DNA of 63,968 bases, counting the filler, from Craspedostauros australis (taxonomy: Eukaryota), in assembly GCA_030167865.1 (NCBI GenBank). It is 14 parts of 14 records of this genome, joined end to end, with 100 filler letters (N's around TTAATTAATTAA, not from the genome) between each part and the next. Parts side by side here need not be neighbours in the genome. Positions count along the whole stretch, not along the records: positions 48,189 to 50,959 come from JALAGF010001945.1; positions 51,060 to 52,698 come from JALAGF010001946.1; positions 52,799 to 57,696 come from JALAGF010001948.1; positions 57,797 to 59,209 come from JALAGF010001950.1; positions 59,310 to 61,309 come from JALAGF010001951.1; 9 more parts are not named here. One strand, given 5' to 3'. This document shows positions 48,400 through 61,409 of the stretch, one piece after another (the first letter of the stretch is position 1; every line of letters begins with the position of its first letter). The position numbers and the translations under genes were made by a program. The notes under the pieces are model-generated. The model searched no databases and was not told the origin of the DNA. It saw only the letters and a program-made list of their open reading frames with translations.

Positions 48400-50010
48400 A
48401 TNTCCTCGGAACAGCAGTATCCAGAACGGTCTTCTTCGCAACGCCCGTCTTGTCCATGATGAAGAAGGACACGTCCCGGAACGTGGCCAACGGTCCTCAC
48501 GAGGCCTCCAGGTACACCAGCAGACCAACCTTGGCCATTATGCCCGTGGTGGCCGTGGTGGCCGTGATGTCAATGATGCCTGTGGTGGTAGGCCATCGCT
48601 TGCCCTTGTATTCTGTCTTCAGGATGTCTTCGAGTCTGTCCCCACCATTGGCTTGTTCATTGTGCTGCATGGTAGGCTGCTGAATGGCGTTGGCCAGACA
48701 GTAGGCGTCTTGGATGGCCCGATTGGTGCCCTGTCCAAGGAACAGAGGCATGGCGTGTGCCGCATCACCACAGACAGTCAGGATGGCGGCCCTATCCGCA
48801 TCTACGCCTTTGCAAGTGCTTCCATTGCAGTTGCCGTTGCAGCTGCAGTTGCAGTTGCAGTCGCCGTTGCGGTTGCCGGTGGTGGCCACCATCACTTTGG
48901 TTCATCGCGCAAAGGGATTGTGGAGGTAGATCCCCAACTCGAAGAAACGATCGGCCTTGTCGATGAGTCGATCGATGATGGGCCTGATGGTGTGCGTGAA
49001 GATCTTGGCATCATCGATCTGCTGTCACATCCGTTGCTGGATGTGCTCGCCCTCGGATCATGCCTTCCAAGGGACGTTCTCGTCATCCTTGCTGACGGCG
49101 GGCTTGGAGAAGGGGAAGGTGTTGCGGAAGATGATGAAGCGGCCTCTGGTAGTGTCACGCTTGATGCCGCTGTTGTAGTTGCCGTTGTCATAGTTGCCAT
49201 TGTCGCAGTTGCTGGTGAGGCAGTAGGCGCCGTTGCCAAAGTGTTGCTGCAGGATGGAATCTTGTTCCATTGTGTTCATTCGGTCGCCGCTGCTGCTGCT
49301 ACTACTACTCCTGCTAATCCCGCTGTCATGCTCGCTGTCCTCTTTGGCGACATCCTGGATGGCGTACCGGATGCGGATGCCAGAGTGCACAGTCGCCAAA
49401 CCTGCGTTGTTGCCTGCTGAAGACAACATATTTCCATCACCATTGTCATCACCATCGCCGCTACCGTTGCCACCACCAGCGCCGTTGATGTACTACTTGA
49501 CGGCACTATCGACACCATTCCAGCCCTCGACCATATCGTACCAGTACGGCCCTTCCCTCGTTCCATCTTCAAACGCGAGATGGATGGAATCTCGCTCCTC
49601 CGTCTTTTGACATGCCACATCCACCACCTGCTTGCTGAGATGCATGGGCGTCACCTCCAGCTCCTCCAATGGCGTTTCCTGCAGCTCCTCCTGCAGCGCC
49701 TCCTGCAAGGCTCCCCGCAGGATGGAGGTTGGTACGCCATGACTTCGCCATCATCCTGGATCAGCGCCTTCGTCGTGGCGTCACTCCGCATCCATGATCA
49801 TCTGTCTGAGATTGAAGTGCAGCAGCTGGAGCTTCCCCTTGGATGAGATCCAGCTGGTGGTCTTGGATCGCACAGTCGTCAACAGCAGCGCGACATCGGC
49901 CACCGCGCGCTCTTTGCTGCACGCTACAGTGACGGATAGATCTGCTTCAGCACTGCCATGCCGCCGTTGAGCTGCGCGCCCGCACCTGCGATGACGTCCA
50001 ATTCTGGTCT
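48400..50010 (-). pseudogene. Frameshifted FAD-dependent monooxygenase (aromatic hydroxylase/epoxidase type)
   Basis: CGDAAHAMPLFLGQGTNRAIQDAYCLA (GD motif) and an N-terminal GAGAQLNGG segment are spread over several short ORFs with stops. Limits approximate. Confidence 0.7.
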
Positions 50011-50159
50011 CGCATCGAAGCATTTCACATCAATGATGTGTATACAATGATGTGCACACAATGATGTGTGCAATGTTGTCCGCAGTGCTATTGATATTGT
50101 TGTAATCAATGTCGCCGTTTCTCTCGTACTCATGTGGTCCAACGACAAAGGCCAACGAT

Positions 50160-50960
50160 TCGTTTTGCTTGAATGGTCTTGGTCGTTTCTGTCCTGCGAT
50201 CTGAACCTTCAACGTCAGCCGCACAAATGGCATGGCACATTCATTGGATTACAACAAGTCAATGACATCCAATATGGCAGTCATCTCATTCTCTGCATTC
50301 AGCACCAACGGACAGCCACAAGCGATGGGTTCCATGATTCTGTGTCCCAGACTGCAAGCCAACTGCAAGCCGTCATGAGAGCTGCTGGTGGCAAGCACCA
50401 CTGCATTTGCTCGGATCGAATCGTGCGGATCGTCTCCAGCGTGAAGGATGAAATCGCCATCATGGAGTGGATCCATCACAGTCACTATCCAATTTGTGAG
50501 TACCTGGAATGTAGTGGATGTGTCACTATCCTCCACATCCTCGGTGCTGCCGTCGGTATTGTCGGCACTGGCATCCAGTATTTCAGCCAACGCGTCACCC
50601 AGAGGTTGCGTCGATGCGCCAAAGGAGGAATCTGGATCAGCCCCGCATGTTGTCATGACTAAGACGATGGTCACTCCATCTTGTGTCGGCGTCTCCAACA
50701 CCACATCAGGCACATGTCCCGCCAACCATTCCTGCTGCTGTCGTGGCTTCCATGTCTTCATCAACAACCCCACAAGCCCCTGTCGACCACGTGGGAATCC
50801 TTCCTTGACTACTTCCGAAACCTTCCTCAGAGGGTCTCAAGACATCATGCCTTGATCTTGGTTGGATCTCAGATCGCGAAGGATCGCTTCAGTTGACTCC
50901 AACAAAGCGATCCGTGTGCCTGTGGAGGTTGATGTGTTGCGCAACGCTGCAATGGCAGCN
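50160..50960 (-). pseudogene. Decayed fragment resembling an HI0933/BaiN-family flavoprotein
   Basis: FPRG...EWL...ETPTQDG and ANAVVLATSSSHDGLQLACSLGHRIMEP resemble the family's ATG...G..LA..LGH.I..P motif. Internal stops present. Confidence 0.55.
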
Positions 50961-51285
50961 NNNNNNNNNNNNNNNNNNNNNNNNNNNNNNNNNNNNNNNN
51001 NNNTTAATTAATTAANNNNNNNNNNNNNNNNNNNNNNNNNNNNNNNNNNNNNNNNNNNNCATTGAGTCAAGTGCACATCCACAAAATGAGCGCAAGCGTG
51101 TCGGTTTCGCACTCTGTGTGACTGTGTCTGTTGTTACCACGACGCACGTTTTTGTTTTCTTCATTCTTTCGTCTGTCCGTCGCCAGGGGCTGTGCTGAAT
51201 CAGCTGCGGGTGTGTGTNNNNNNTCGTCTGTCCGTCGCCAGGGGCTGTGCTGAATCAGCTGCGGGTGTGTGTTGGAGAGAATCCT

Positions 51286-51430
51286 GACATTCCCGACATT
51301 CCCGACAACGCACCCGACATTCCCGACAAGACACCCGACATTCCCGACAAAGCACCCGACATTCCCGACAAGACACCCGACATTCCCGACAAAACTCCCG
51401 ACATTCCCGACATTCCCGACATTCCCGACA
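51286..51430. repeat. Minisatellite built from CCCGACA, with 9-bp and 21-bp units
   Basis: CCCGACATT and CCCGACATTCCCGACAAGACA variants in tandem. Confidence 0.9.
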
Positions 51431-51817
51431 ATGACACATGGCAGCATGATACTATCAATTTAGACGTGATGACCAAATAAATATCAAACATCACTGAAAC
51501 TGTCGTTCGTATTTAATTCATGAGGTTTTGGGGTCATACTCGACATTTTGCCGCGTGTCCCTGGTCATCGCACACAGAGAACATGACAGGATGTCCATTG
51601 CATTCCAACAGTGTCTGCCTTGCCTTCTGTTTCTCTGTTTGCATTGAAGACTCATTCCTTGATACATTGTTGGTAGTTCGCATTCCACCCATCGCCTTCC
51701 GAGGGTGCGACCTAGACTGCGATTATAGGAGCGGATGGGTCTGCCTTGGCTTCTGTTTCTCTGTTTGCATGGAAGACGCATTCCTCGATGCCTTGTTGGT
51801 AGTTCGCCTTCCGAGAA

Positions 51818-52140
51818 TGCGATCATACCATGTGATCATAGCATGCGATCATAGCATGCGATCATACCATGTGATCATAGCATGCGATCATAGCATGCGA
51901 TCATAGCATGCGATCATAGCATGCGATCATAGCATGCGATCATAGCATGCGATCATAGNNNNNNNNNNNNGCATGCGATCATAGCATGCGATCATAGCAT
52001 GCGATCATAGCATGCGATCATAGCATGCGATCATAGCATGCGATCATAGCATGCAATTATACCATGCGATCATACCATGCGATCATACCATGCGATCATA
52101 CCATGCGATCATACCATGCGATCATACCATGCGATCATAG
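51818..52140. repeat. 13-bp tandem array TGCGATCATA(G/C)CA, more than 20 copies, with an internal gap
   Basis: Directly visible; the G variant dominates the middle and the C variant the ends. Confidence 0.95.
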
Positions 52141-52799
52141 GAGCGGATGAGGAATACCGCTTTGGCTCTTCGGTCCGTGTCCCATGATAAAGAACATCTG
52201 CGAAAGTAGAAGGATAAGTGTCAGAGTGCGTGGTACGAGTACAAAGTAATCGGAGATTTGATTTCTACGAGTACAGCGTGTGCGATGGGGATGATGCAGC
52301 ACCAATGCGTACGAAACGGTACGGAAGGGTACCACTTCTGACGGTTGACACCTCAACTGCCCACCGTCACCGCCACGGATGCAAATGACAGACGTGGGGC
52401 AACTGCCCTCGTGTATCACCTCTTTGGGCCAAACATCGAAGGGTGTACTCTGTGAGAAGTTGCAACATTTGGAGAGTTGTATCGTTGCTCCTTTGACCAC
52501 CACGCCCGCACTGATGAGTGCGATCAAGAGATTGTTGCTGCAGAAAAGCGAAGTTGCTCTCTCTGCCTCGCCCAAGATTGATCTTGTTGACATGCCTGAA
52601 ATCGTTTGGAACAACTGATTTCCTCGCCCTCACAATACATCAACACCGTCATCCATAAACCACCACCACTCACAATCTCGAGAGAGACAGAGAGAGAGNN
52701 NNNNNNNNNNNNNNNNNNNNNNNNNNNNNNNNNNNNNNNNNNTTAATTAATTAANNNNNNNNNNNNNNNNNNNNNNNNNNNNNNNNNNNNNNNNNNNNT

Positions 52800-53403
52800 A
52801 GAGAGTTATCGCATTCAGCTCCCTCAGCTGATGTCAATTGTCACAGTTCGCATTGACTCTCGAGCAGAGAAACTGCACAGGACTGATTCGTGACATAATA
52901 CTGCATGGATTAACTCGAGCGCTTTTGAGTCTATCCTATTCCCAAGGTATCAAGTTTAGACAAGTTCGTTGCATTTCCGGTTTGGCAACATCCTATTTTG
53001 GTCATTCCTGTTCTGAGATTGTAGATGACGGCCAGGGAATAGAAATATATATTAATTCGTTGTGATGGGTGTGTCATCGTTGTTCTCTTGGATGTTGGTG
53101 TCCGAAATTGAATGCATACAGTGTAGCGTTGCGACAAACATAGATCATTGACAACGACAAGAACGACCAAAACGGTCAAAATGAAGCAATATTATTGGCT
53201 ACAAGTTTAGTTACGCGTGGAAGTGATAATTTTGCCAGGACTCCACGAGCTGAGATGATTTCAGTTCAGAGCGTCGGAACTGAGTTCTCATCAGTTCGCC
53301 GAGGGGGAAGTTCGCATCCCGCCCCTCGAAAAGTGTCTCTATCAGGTTATGACTCCCTCCTGGGACTGGTCGTGACTGGGTGAGCTGAGTGCGATAACTC
53401 TCT
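52800..53403. mobile_element. MITE-like element, 604 bp, related to the element at 20765
   Basis: 22-bp TIR AGAGAGTTATCGCA(T/C)TCAGCTC with one mismatch. Shares an identical 26-mer and further subterminal similarity with 21157-21271. Confidence 0.8.
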
Positions 53404-53849
53404 GTTGGCTCGTTTCGTTCCACGGTTTCGTGTTCTGTTTCTTTCCGCAAATTGTGATCATATTAATCGACTCACGATTGATACACGAATGAATAACGAG
53501 GCTAACTATGTCCCAACCGCATGTCTGGCGCTTGTGCAGCAAACACAAAGATGATTGCGCTTGTGCACAAAGAGAGAAGATCGCGCTAACAAGACAACAA
53601 GGACAACAACACACACCACTCAACACCATACTCGAGCACATCAACAGCAGACATCAAATTGCCACTCACATTCATCACGCGGCGTATGGTACTCATACCA
53701 ATACAAGCTATTGAAGACGCCACCATCGATATCTCTGCCAAAGTAGATAGCTCGAACTACGCACTTCCTCGACAGCCAATCCACCGTCAATCGTTCAACG
53801 TCAATCGTTCAACGCCCATCGTCCAACGTCCAGCAACCATCCTCTCAAA

Positions 53850-55244
53850 ATGCCGAATGTTACGAACGAACAACTCATTGATGCTGCCAGGGAAGGTGAC
53901 TTGTCGGTGTTGAAGGAATGGAAGAAGCAGAACAAGACACAGAAGGAAGGAGATGGTGTCAACTTCAAAACCAACTATGGCTCCACTCCCCTTCATCGGG
54001 CATGCCTCAATGGCCAGCTGGAGTGTGTGAAGTACCTCATCGAATCATGTGGGGCGAATGCCAACTGCCAAAACAACATTGGTTGGACTCCCCTTCATGT
54101 GGTATGCTGCAACGGCCAACTGGAGTGTGTGGAGTACCTCATCGAATCATGTGGGGCGAACATCAACAACAAAGACAACAATGGTTACACTCCCTTTCAT
54201 TGGGCATGCCGGAACGGCAAGCTGGAGTGTATCGAGTCCCTCATCAGAAGATGTTTGCCTTCAGCTCACCCACAACTGCAACAACTGCAGCAACGCTTAC
54301 AACAAAATGAACAACCACAAGAACAGTTGGGACAGCAGTTGAAGCGAAAGGAGCAAGAGAATGAACACAAACACAGCAGCCACAAGAGGACCAACATCAA
54401 CATTTGAGAAGATCGGCCATATCCTTCCAAATCGAGAACAGGGCAAACACCATCTTCTTGTGTGGAAAGGGCAACTAACAGCAACCAATCAAACAAACCC
54501 TGATGTCCTCATGATTGCTGTCCCATCCATTGAGACACTGATCGACAAAGGAACCCAACTTCACCGCACGAATGATGACGCTCACGATGGAACTGAACCC
54601 ATCCAAACAACCATCCCTCTTCCCAACCTTCAACCAAAACACATCCGATACGTCCTCCAATGCATCTACACAGGCAAGATATCCTGTACTAACAACTGTC
54701 ATGACAACGCTGCTGCTCACACCAGCGCTCACACCAGCGCTCACCACGATGTAGATGCCTCTCACCAGCCAACTCCCATCCTCACTGGGCAGGACGATCT
54801 GCAACAGCTGATCCTTGTGGCCAACAAGATCTGCTTCTGGCGACTCAAGCTTGTTCTTGAAGCAGAGTTGGCCTGCAAGCACCTCACAAAGGACACCATG
54901 ATTGATACGCTGATATTCGCCCATCAACACAACTGTGTGGTGTTGAAGGATGCAGCAACAAGGATGGCAGCTCAAAACATGCAGACTTGCTCGTCAAGAT
55001 TTCAGCAAGTTATTTCAACATCCTCAACTGATGGGAGACATTCATGTCCTTCACAGTGAGAGATGGTATTGATGATGAGTATGGTGGCATGTCCATGATG
55101 GAGTTGCACAAGGCTGTGGATGAAGACGAGGGTACTGCGCAGGTGGATTCGTACATGTATCGCGTCGCGCTGCTGCGCTTCGTGCGTTCCATCGCATCCT
55201 CCAGGGTGGCTGAGACCGACGGCACAGCTGAGGAAGAGAACTAA
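53850..55244 (+). pseudogene. Ankyrin-repeat plus BTB/POZ-like gene split over three ORFs
   Basis: GSTPLHRAC, GWTPLHVVC and GYTPFHWAC ankyrin repeats (53850-54407). BTB/BACK-like VLQCIYTG...LKLVLEAEL...NCVVLKDAA (54361-55059). I could not place introns that repair the frame. Confidence 0.7.
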
Positions 55245-58200
55245 AGCAACAACAACAGCAGCAATAGCAGGCTGATGAGCAAGCATGTCATGCAATGAAG
55301 AAGATGAATCAGATGAGGAATCAGAGTATTACGAGTAACTACAGTGCAAGCAGGTGATCAGTGATCCATTCAATGGCACGCCGCACATGTCGAGCCATTC
55401 ACCAGTTCAACCCTTTTGCTTGCATTCAATGAATAGAAAGAAGGTTGATTTGCAGGTTGTGCTTGTTTTGCGATTGCTGTGCGTAGTGTTGTGGATGGTA
55501 TGCTGCTGCATACTAAAATCGCCAGAGTTGCCAGTGTGTTATGTTGTTGGTCTGGTATTGTGACGTCTCGACCTGATGGGAAGATCCGATAGATGTTGGT
55601 GCGATGGTGAACTAGCGAGGAGTACGGAACATCAGCACAGCCGAGCCTTGAGCAGATTCATCGCCAACGTCTCTGGATGACATACATAGCAACTGATCAA
55701 GCACATATCCCTTTCACTCGAAATCAAGTCCGATATTCTTGCCTGATGTCACTGCCACACAGGTCACGCAAGCCAATTCTACCGCAACCGTTCGGGAAGG
55801 CAAAGAGTGTATGGGGAGGATGCGAAACGAAACACATGCCCTCCCAAGGTAGAGCAGGAACATCCATTCCAGTTCGCTACGTTTCAGGCGGCGCGTTGGA
55901 ACTTGTGCCACGAATCTGCTGATGCGTCGATGGCTACAAGCCTTCACAACGCACTGCTGTGCCCTTCACTTGAGGGACTTCATTGGGGATGACTCGTTGA
56001 ACATGCTGTATGGTACTCATGGCATCGGTTGCCTGATGTTCTCATCTCCGTTGGACTTAGATTGTGGGGAAGATGTTGGTCATTTTTGCCAATCCTCTCC
56101 TTCGTCGTCGCCTGGCATGCAACTATCGCCTCCATGTCAGAACTGGTGCTGGATTCATCGGCGACGGCAATCGTTGCTTTCCGAATTCCTGGCCTGTGAG
56201 TGTGTTATGAACCCATGGCACTTGATCAATTGCCGGGTACGAATGCTGGCGTTGGCAACCGTGAGCTGGCCATGTGGAAGCATCCTCCATCCATGGATGC
56301 TCGACATGCAGGCACGCTTGCAGCGCTTCTCCGCTTCTTGCAAATGTGTTGTATCCTGCTCTGGAGCATGTCGAGCAACCGCGATTGCTGAAGTATTGCC
56401 GAGGATCAGCATGTCTGGTTCGTGTTGCGCATCCGCAGTCTTCTTGACTCTGCGACGCCAGCTGCCGGCCACATCCTGCGATACTGCCCCGACCACCGAT
56501 GCTCGTGGTACAGGAGCTGATATTGATGATACCGCTGACCAAGGTGGCATGATCTGCATCCGTGCATGTTCACATCGTGATCATCGTGATCATCGTGACT
56601 TCATTCGTGGTGATGGAGTCGTCATGAGATTGTTGAATGCGTTGCTGGCATGCTTGCAGGAGCAATGCTGTGTTCTGTGTTTCTCCATGTCTCTCTCTCG
56701 CATCACCTTCTCTTGATCATGGCCGTTGGTTGCCGTCCCATCACGTCCCGTCATGCTCGGTCACGTTCATACCTCATCTCTTCTCTTCACTGCACTGATG
56801 GATGTCTGTCAACGCGATTGTCATGTGGTCATCATTGGCAACACCGCGCTTCATCGGCGCTCATCAATAGCAGTGGCACTTCATTCCACCTTCATCTGCC
56901 ATCCTCGTCCCACACCACATCACACCACATCACACCACATCACATGACCATGTCCATTCCTCTTCATGCTGCCCTCACCGCTCTGGCCATTGTCTCATCT
57001 CATGTCTGCCATTCTGGCGAACAAGAAGACAATCACAAATTTGATGATGTGGCGCGCCATTTTTGTTCTTGTTTGGTCGTGTCCAAATGAGTCCCTAGCT
57101 TCCGCGATCGAAGTGTGTGATCCATTCAAATGAGTCGATCAAGGTACCCACAAAGATCCGTCACACCCATCAAACTGTGTCTCCAACTCCTCTCTCTCGT
57201 GCGTATTTCATCCGAGCAACATCATTGGACCACTGGATGAAGCAGGTCCGAAGGCATCCATCAAGCTGAAGTATTATGCGCTACCAATACAGTAAGCGAG
57301 GCAACACCCAGCTTCGAATCAACAGATACAAAGATGGAGTTGAGTTGAGTTGAGTGCTCCTGCGTGTTCGTAGAATTGGCCAAACCGGAATGGTGTCAAG
57401 CCAGGATCTCTGCTGTCCCCATGAGCGCGGTGGACGCATCGATGTGATATTGGTTCCAGATGTCAGCACTGTGAGACCGGCGTGTGCAGTGGTGAGATCG
57501 TGGGCTCTGGTTTGGAGGTAAATTGGTAATCGTTAGTTGTCGATTTAGTTGGTTTGCGTTGTTGAGTTGATTGAACTCTCGGTTTATGAGATGATGACGA
57601 GATGTTGTTCTGTCAGAATGCAAGTTGCAGGGTCAGCAGCATCTCCCGTGTAATTCGTCGTGATCATCATCCTCATTCGATTTGGGTCCTCGCAATNNNN
57701 NNNNNNNNNNNNNNNNNNNNNNNNNNNNNNNNNNNNNNNNTTAATTAATTAANNNNNNNNNNNNNNNNNNNNNNNNNNNNNNNNNNNNNNNNNNNNTCGC
57801 ATGCCTCCTCTCAGTTGTCCATGTGAGACAAATCCATCAAATCACAAACAACAACAAATCCACGCCACATTTTGATGTGGTGATGCTGCGCAAAGCACAA
57901 TCCAGCTGAACCATCAGTACAGCACCATGCAGGACATCCCACACACTGCGAGACCTGGCACACAAGCATGCTTGCAACAACAGCACTTGTACAAATGCTC
58001 TTCTGCATGTATGTATAGTTGTATTATGTTTCAATTTGAATACTATATTAGTTGCAACTGTCCGTGGGAGGCTGCGAATTCGTGTGGACAGCCATGGCAA
58101 GAGGAGAGTGCTTGTTCGATACAGTCGCAGCTGTTCGTTGTTGTGTTGCTGCCGCATGTGGTGACATGGTAGTTATCCCTGAATGTATGCTGTGCTCTAG

Positions 58201-58834
58201 CCCAGCAATGTTGGCTTGCCAATACAGTATCGCAAATCGGAGTAGAATACAGCGAGTACTCGTAGTCACATGTGATGATCGTGAGCTACTCGGCCAATCA
58301 ACCGATCAGAGCCAACAGAGCAAAAGAGATGACAACGTGGCAGCCATCGTTTGCAACTGTATCATGTCAGCAGCAGCTAGATCCACGATACGTACAAGCA
58401 CAGTGGGTCACCAAGCAAGCTTGCAACAACATCAATCACGAGCACACTCCAACAGCAGTGTCGGTGTTGACCGTGCTCATTGCATCATTACCACAACAGT
58501 TGGATAGCATCAACATCACAGTACCATCCACAGTGACATCAACTCCATCAGTAGCATCAGTATAAACAACAACAACAACAGTAAAAGGAGGAGGCAACAG
58601 CAGTGCAGTTGCAGCAATGAGCCGCAGACCAACTGATCAAACAAACGAAAAGCAACATCGCTTGCAACAAGCATCATGGTGAGTTTTGTGATGGGTGTTT
58701 GTTTGTGTGGTGACATGTTGTGGTGCGCAGAGCTTGACGGACCGAGACAAAGCGCAGCGACCTGAAACACAACCTCACACGAACCCTTTGTTGTCTGCCA
58801 CACAACGCCACACTCTGCTGCTTTTGGCTGTGAC

Positions 58835-59182
58835 ATGGCGCACTTGCGGAACAATGAATCAAAGCGCTACGACTTGAAAGACATAACCAGAATTGGATTG
58901 GACATTATGGGGCATAATGCGTCGTATGACCCAGTGAAACCAGCAACACAAACAAAATTTATCTCTCTGTACGGGCTTTCTCCACGCATGTGCCTAGTTA
59001 TGTGGAGCTATGCTCGTGGTGTCCCGAAATGTCATCCCAAGCATTTGTATTGGACCTTGTACTTCTTGCGACACTACGATTGTGTTCTTGCGCTGTCATC
59101 GAAAATGTCTGCGGACCCCAAAACACTTAAGAAGTGGATTTGGCTTCTGATGGATGAAATTCAGAAGGGATACAAAGGCGTG
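58835..59182 (+). mobile_element. First exon of a second PHIS/Harbinger-like transposase
   Basis: FISLYG...HPKHLYWTLYFLRHY...KTLKKWIW aligns with exon 1 at 16942-17361. It ends at an equivalent GTAAGTGCAG donor, and the contig ends soon after. Confidence 0.75.
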
Positions 59183-59309
59183 GTAAGTGCAGAACACCCT
59201 TCCGATTGANNNNNNNNNNNNNNNNNNNNNNNNNNNNNNNNNNNNNNNNNNNNTTAATTAATTAANNNNNNNNNNNNNNNNNNNNNNNNNNNNNNNNNNN
59301 NNNNNNNNN

Positions 59310-59551
59310 CTGTGTGTTGCAACACATGTTGCCTCAGCATCATTTTCATCATTTCATCTCCATCTGCTCACAATTCAGACTCCAACAGTTCTGCATTGGG
59401 CCAGCTTACATCATCTAAACATCAATTAACCACTCAGAGCACACTGACAATTCCTACTAGCTTCACTCTACTTCATTTGACGGACCTGATCACTCCCAAT
59501 CTCGAGGTAAGTACCCATTTTTGTCTGTGTTCTATCAGATTAACAGTCGCA
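59310..59551 (+). repeat. Partial 5' LTR (ends TCTATCA at 59537) plus PBS GATTAACAGTCGCA (59538-59551) of a Copia element
   Basis: A CA end abuts the same PBS as in the TRIM and lies about 500 bp upstream of a gag-like ORF. Confidence 0.7.
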
Positions 59552-59786
59552 ACCGCCTACATCCTGTGCTGAACGCGTGAACCATCGTCATATCCCATTG
59601 TCATTGAGCATTCATCAAAATCATCATCTTGCAACATCGCGTGACGACGTGAAGTTGATTCCATCTCTGTGACTTCAGCTTTGCTGCGCAGAACATCAGA
59701 GCCAATCGGCTTGTGCACACTCACTTCCATCACTTTTAGACGCATTCGTCAGTGATATCCATTGCCTTTTTACCCAAGTACTTCAT

Positions 59787-60020
59787 CAACACATCATCCA
59801 TTTGGTATCGATCACATCCGATCTACCAACACATCATCCATTTGGTATCGATCACATCCGATCTGCCAACACATCACACAAACAAACAAACCATCAATCA
59901 ATCAATCGAACAATCAATCAATCAATCAAACAAACAATCATTCGAACAAACAATCAAACAATCAATCACACACAAACAATCACACACAAACAATCACACA
60001 CAAACAATCAAACACAAACA
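59787..60020 (+). repeat. 40-bp tandem duplication (59787-59876) and CAAT/CAAA simple repeats in the Copia leader
   Basis: Directly visible. Confidence 0.85.
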
Positions 60021-60037
60021 ACAAACTACATTCCAAG

Positions 60038-61309
60038 ATGACTACTACCGTTTCCGAAGCTGAGATCTTCGCCCACGTGCTGAGCGTCATCGGCATCACT
60101 GCAGGTACCGATCAACGCGACCTTCTGGAACATGAAGGTATCAACAACATGTCGGATCTCCTGCTCCTTGAGCGCGACGACCTTATCGCAATGCGATTCG
60201 TGAGTGCTGACGAGGATGCAGAGCCTTTCGCGTACCAACTCAATGGGCCAACCATCCGCAAGATCCTCGCCCTCCATCGGTGGTACCAACTTCAGGACAA
60301 CCCTACGTTCGCCACTTGGTACCGCATCACCGGACATTCCCTTGCTGAGTCGATCGCCACCCCTCTTGTTGATCCATCGGTTGCAGCAGCGACCGCAGCA
60401 GCAGCAGCAACTCCACCAATCCCTGATGAGGCGCCTTCGTCTGCAACAACTGGCGCAGCATTCTCTCGTCTCCAGGACTTCCGAAAGGGGATGAAGCGCG
60501 ACAGCGGACGATTCCCGAAGCTCAAGGAGGACAAGTACTTCCTGTCCTTCAGACGCACATTCGCGACTGTCGCCGCATCCCAAGGCGTATCCAACGTCCT
60601 GGACCCCGACTACAATCCGCCAACTGAGGATCAAACTCTCTTCGATGAGCAGAACATCTTCGTCTATGGTGCTCTCGTCCTCAGCCTCAAGACTCAGAAG
60701 GGTCAAGGTTGTGTCCGTCGCTTCGAGAATTCCATGGATGGCCAGGCTGCCTACGCCACTCTTCTCACAGAGTACACCTCTGGTGTGACAGCTGCCAACT
60801 CTGCAAAGGCACTTCGCACATCCCTCGAGTCCCTCAAGCTGGACAAGGAATGGCGAGGTACCCGGGAGTCCTTCCTCGATGCTTGGTCCAACAAGGTTCG
60901 CGACTTGGAGACAATCCAAGACCGCACCGTTTCCCCCGAGCGCAAGCGCGACTGGCTTGAGGAGTCTATCTCCCAGGATGCCGAGTTGTACCGGGCACTC
61001 TTCGAGTCTCAGTACCTTGAGGCGTCCCTCGATGCCATGAGCATTGCCGGAGTCTCCAGAGACTTCACCCTCGACTTTGACAAGATCTTCTCGCTGGTGN
61101 NNNNNNNNNNNNNNNNNNNNNNNNNNNNNNNNNNNNNNNNNNNNNNNNNNNNNAAGGTCCACAACGCCAAGCACTCTGGCACCAATTCTGGTGCACATTC
61201 GTGGAGCAAGGACAAAGACTATTCAAAGGATCCTCGTCCCCGTGTCCCTCATGATGAGTGGATGAAGATGGACAAGAGCCAACGCCAAGCATTCCTCCAA
61301 GCAAAGGGG
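60038..61309 (+). mobile_element. Gag-like ORF of a diatom Copia (CoDi-type) element, 3' truncated
   Basis: DFRKGMKRDSGRFPKLKED...NVLDPDYNP...QNIFVYGAL...DGQAAY...W motifs, which I recognise from diatom Copia gag; follows an LTR and PBS. Confidence 0.75.
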
Positions 61310-61409
61310 NNNNNNNNNNNNNNNNNNNNNNNNNNNNNNNNNNNNNNNNNNNNTTAATTAATTAANNNNNNNNNNNNNNNNNNNNNNNNNNNNNNNNNNN
61401 NNNNNNNNN

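Noticed and set aside
51169..51272. Roughly 49-bp direct repeat
   Set aside because: The two copies flank a short N gap, so this is probably an unmerged contig overlap.
51286..52140. CRISPR array or telomere repeat
   Set aside because: The units are head to tail with no unique spacers, there are no cas genes, and the monomers are not TTAGGG-like.
55677..57090. ORFs such as 55922-56716
   Set aside because: TG/CA-rich decayed-looking sequence with no identifiable domain.
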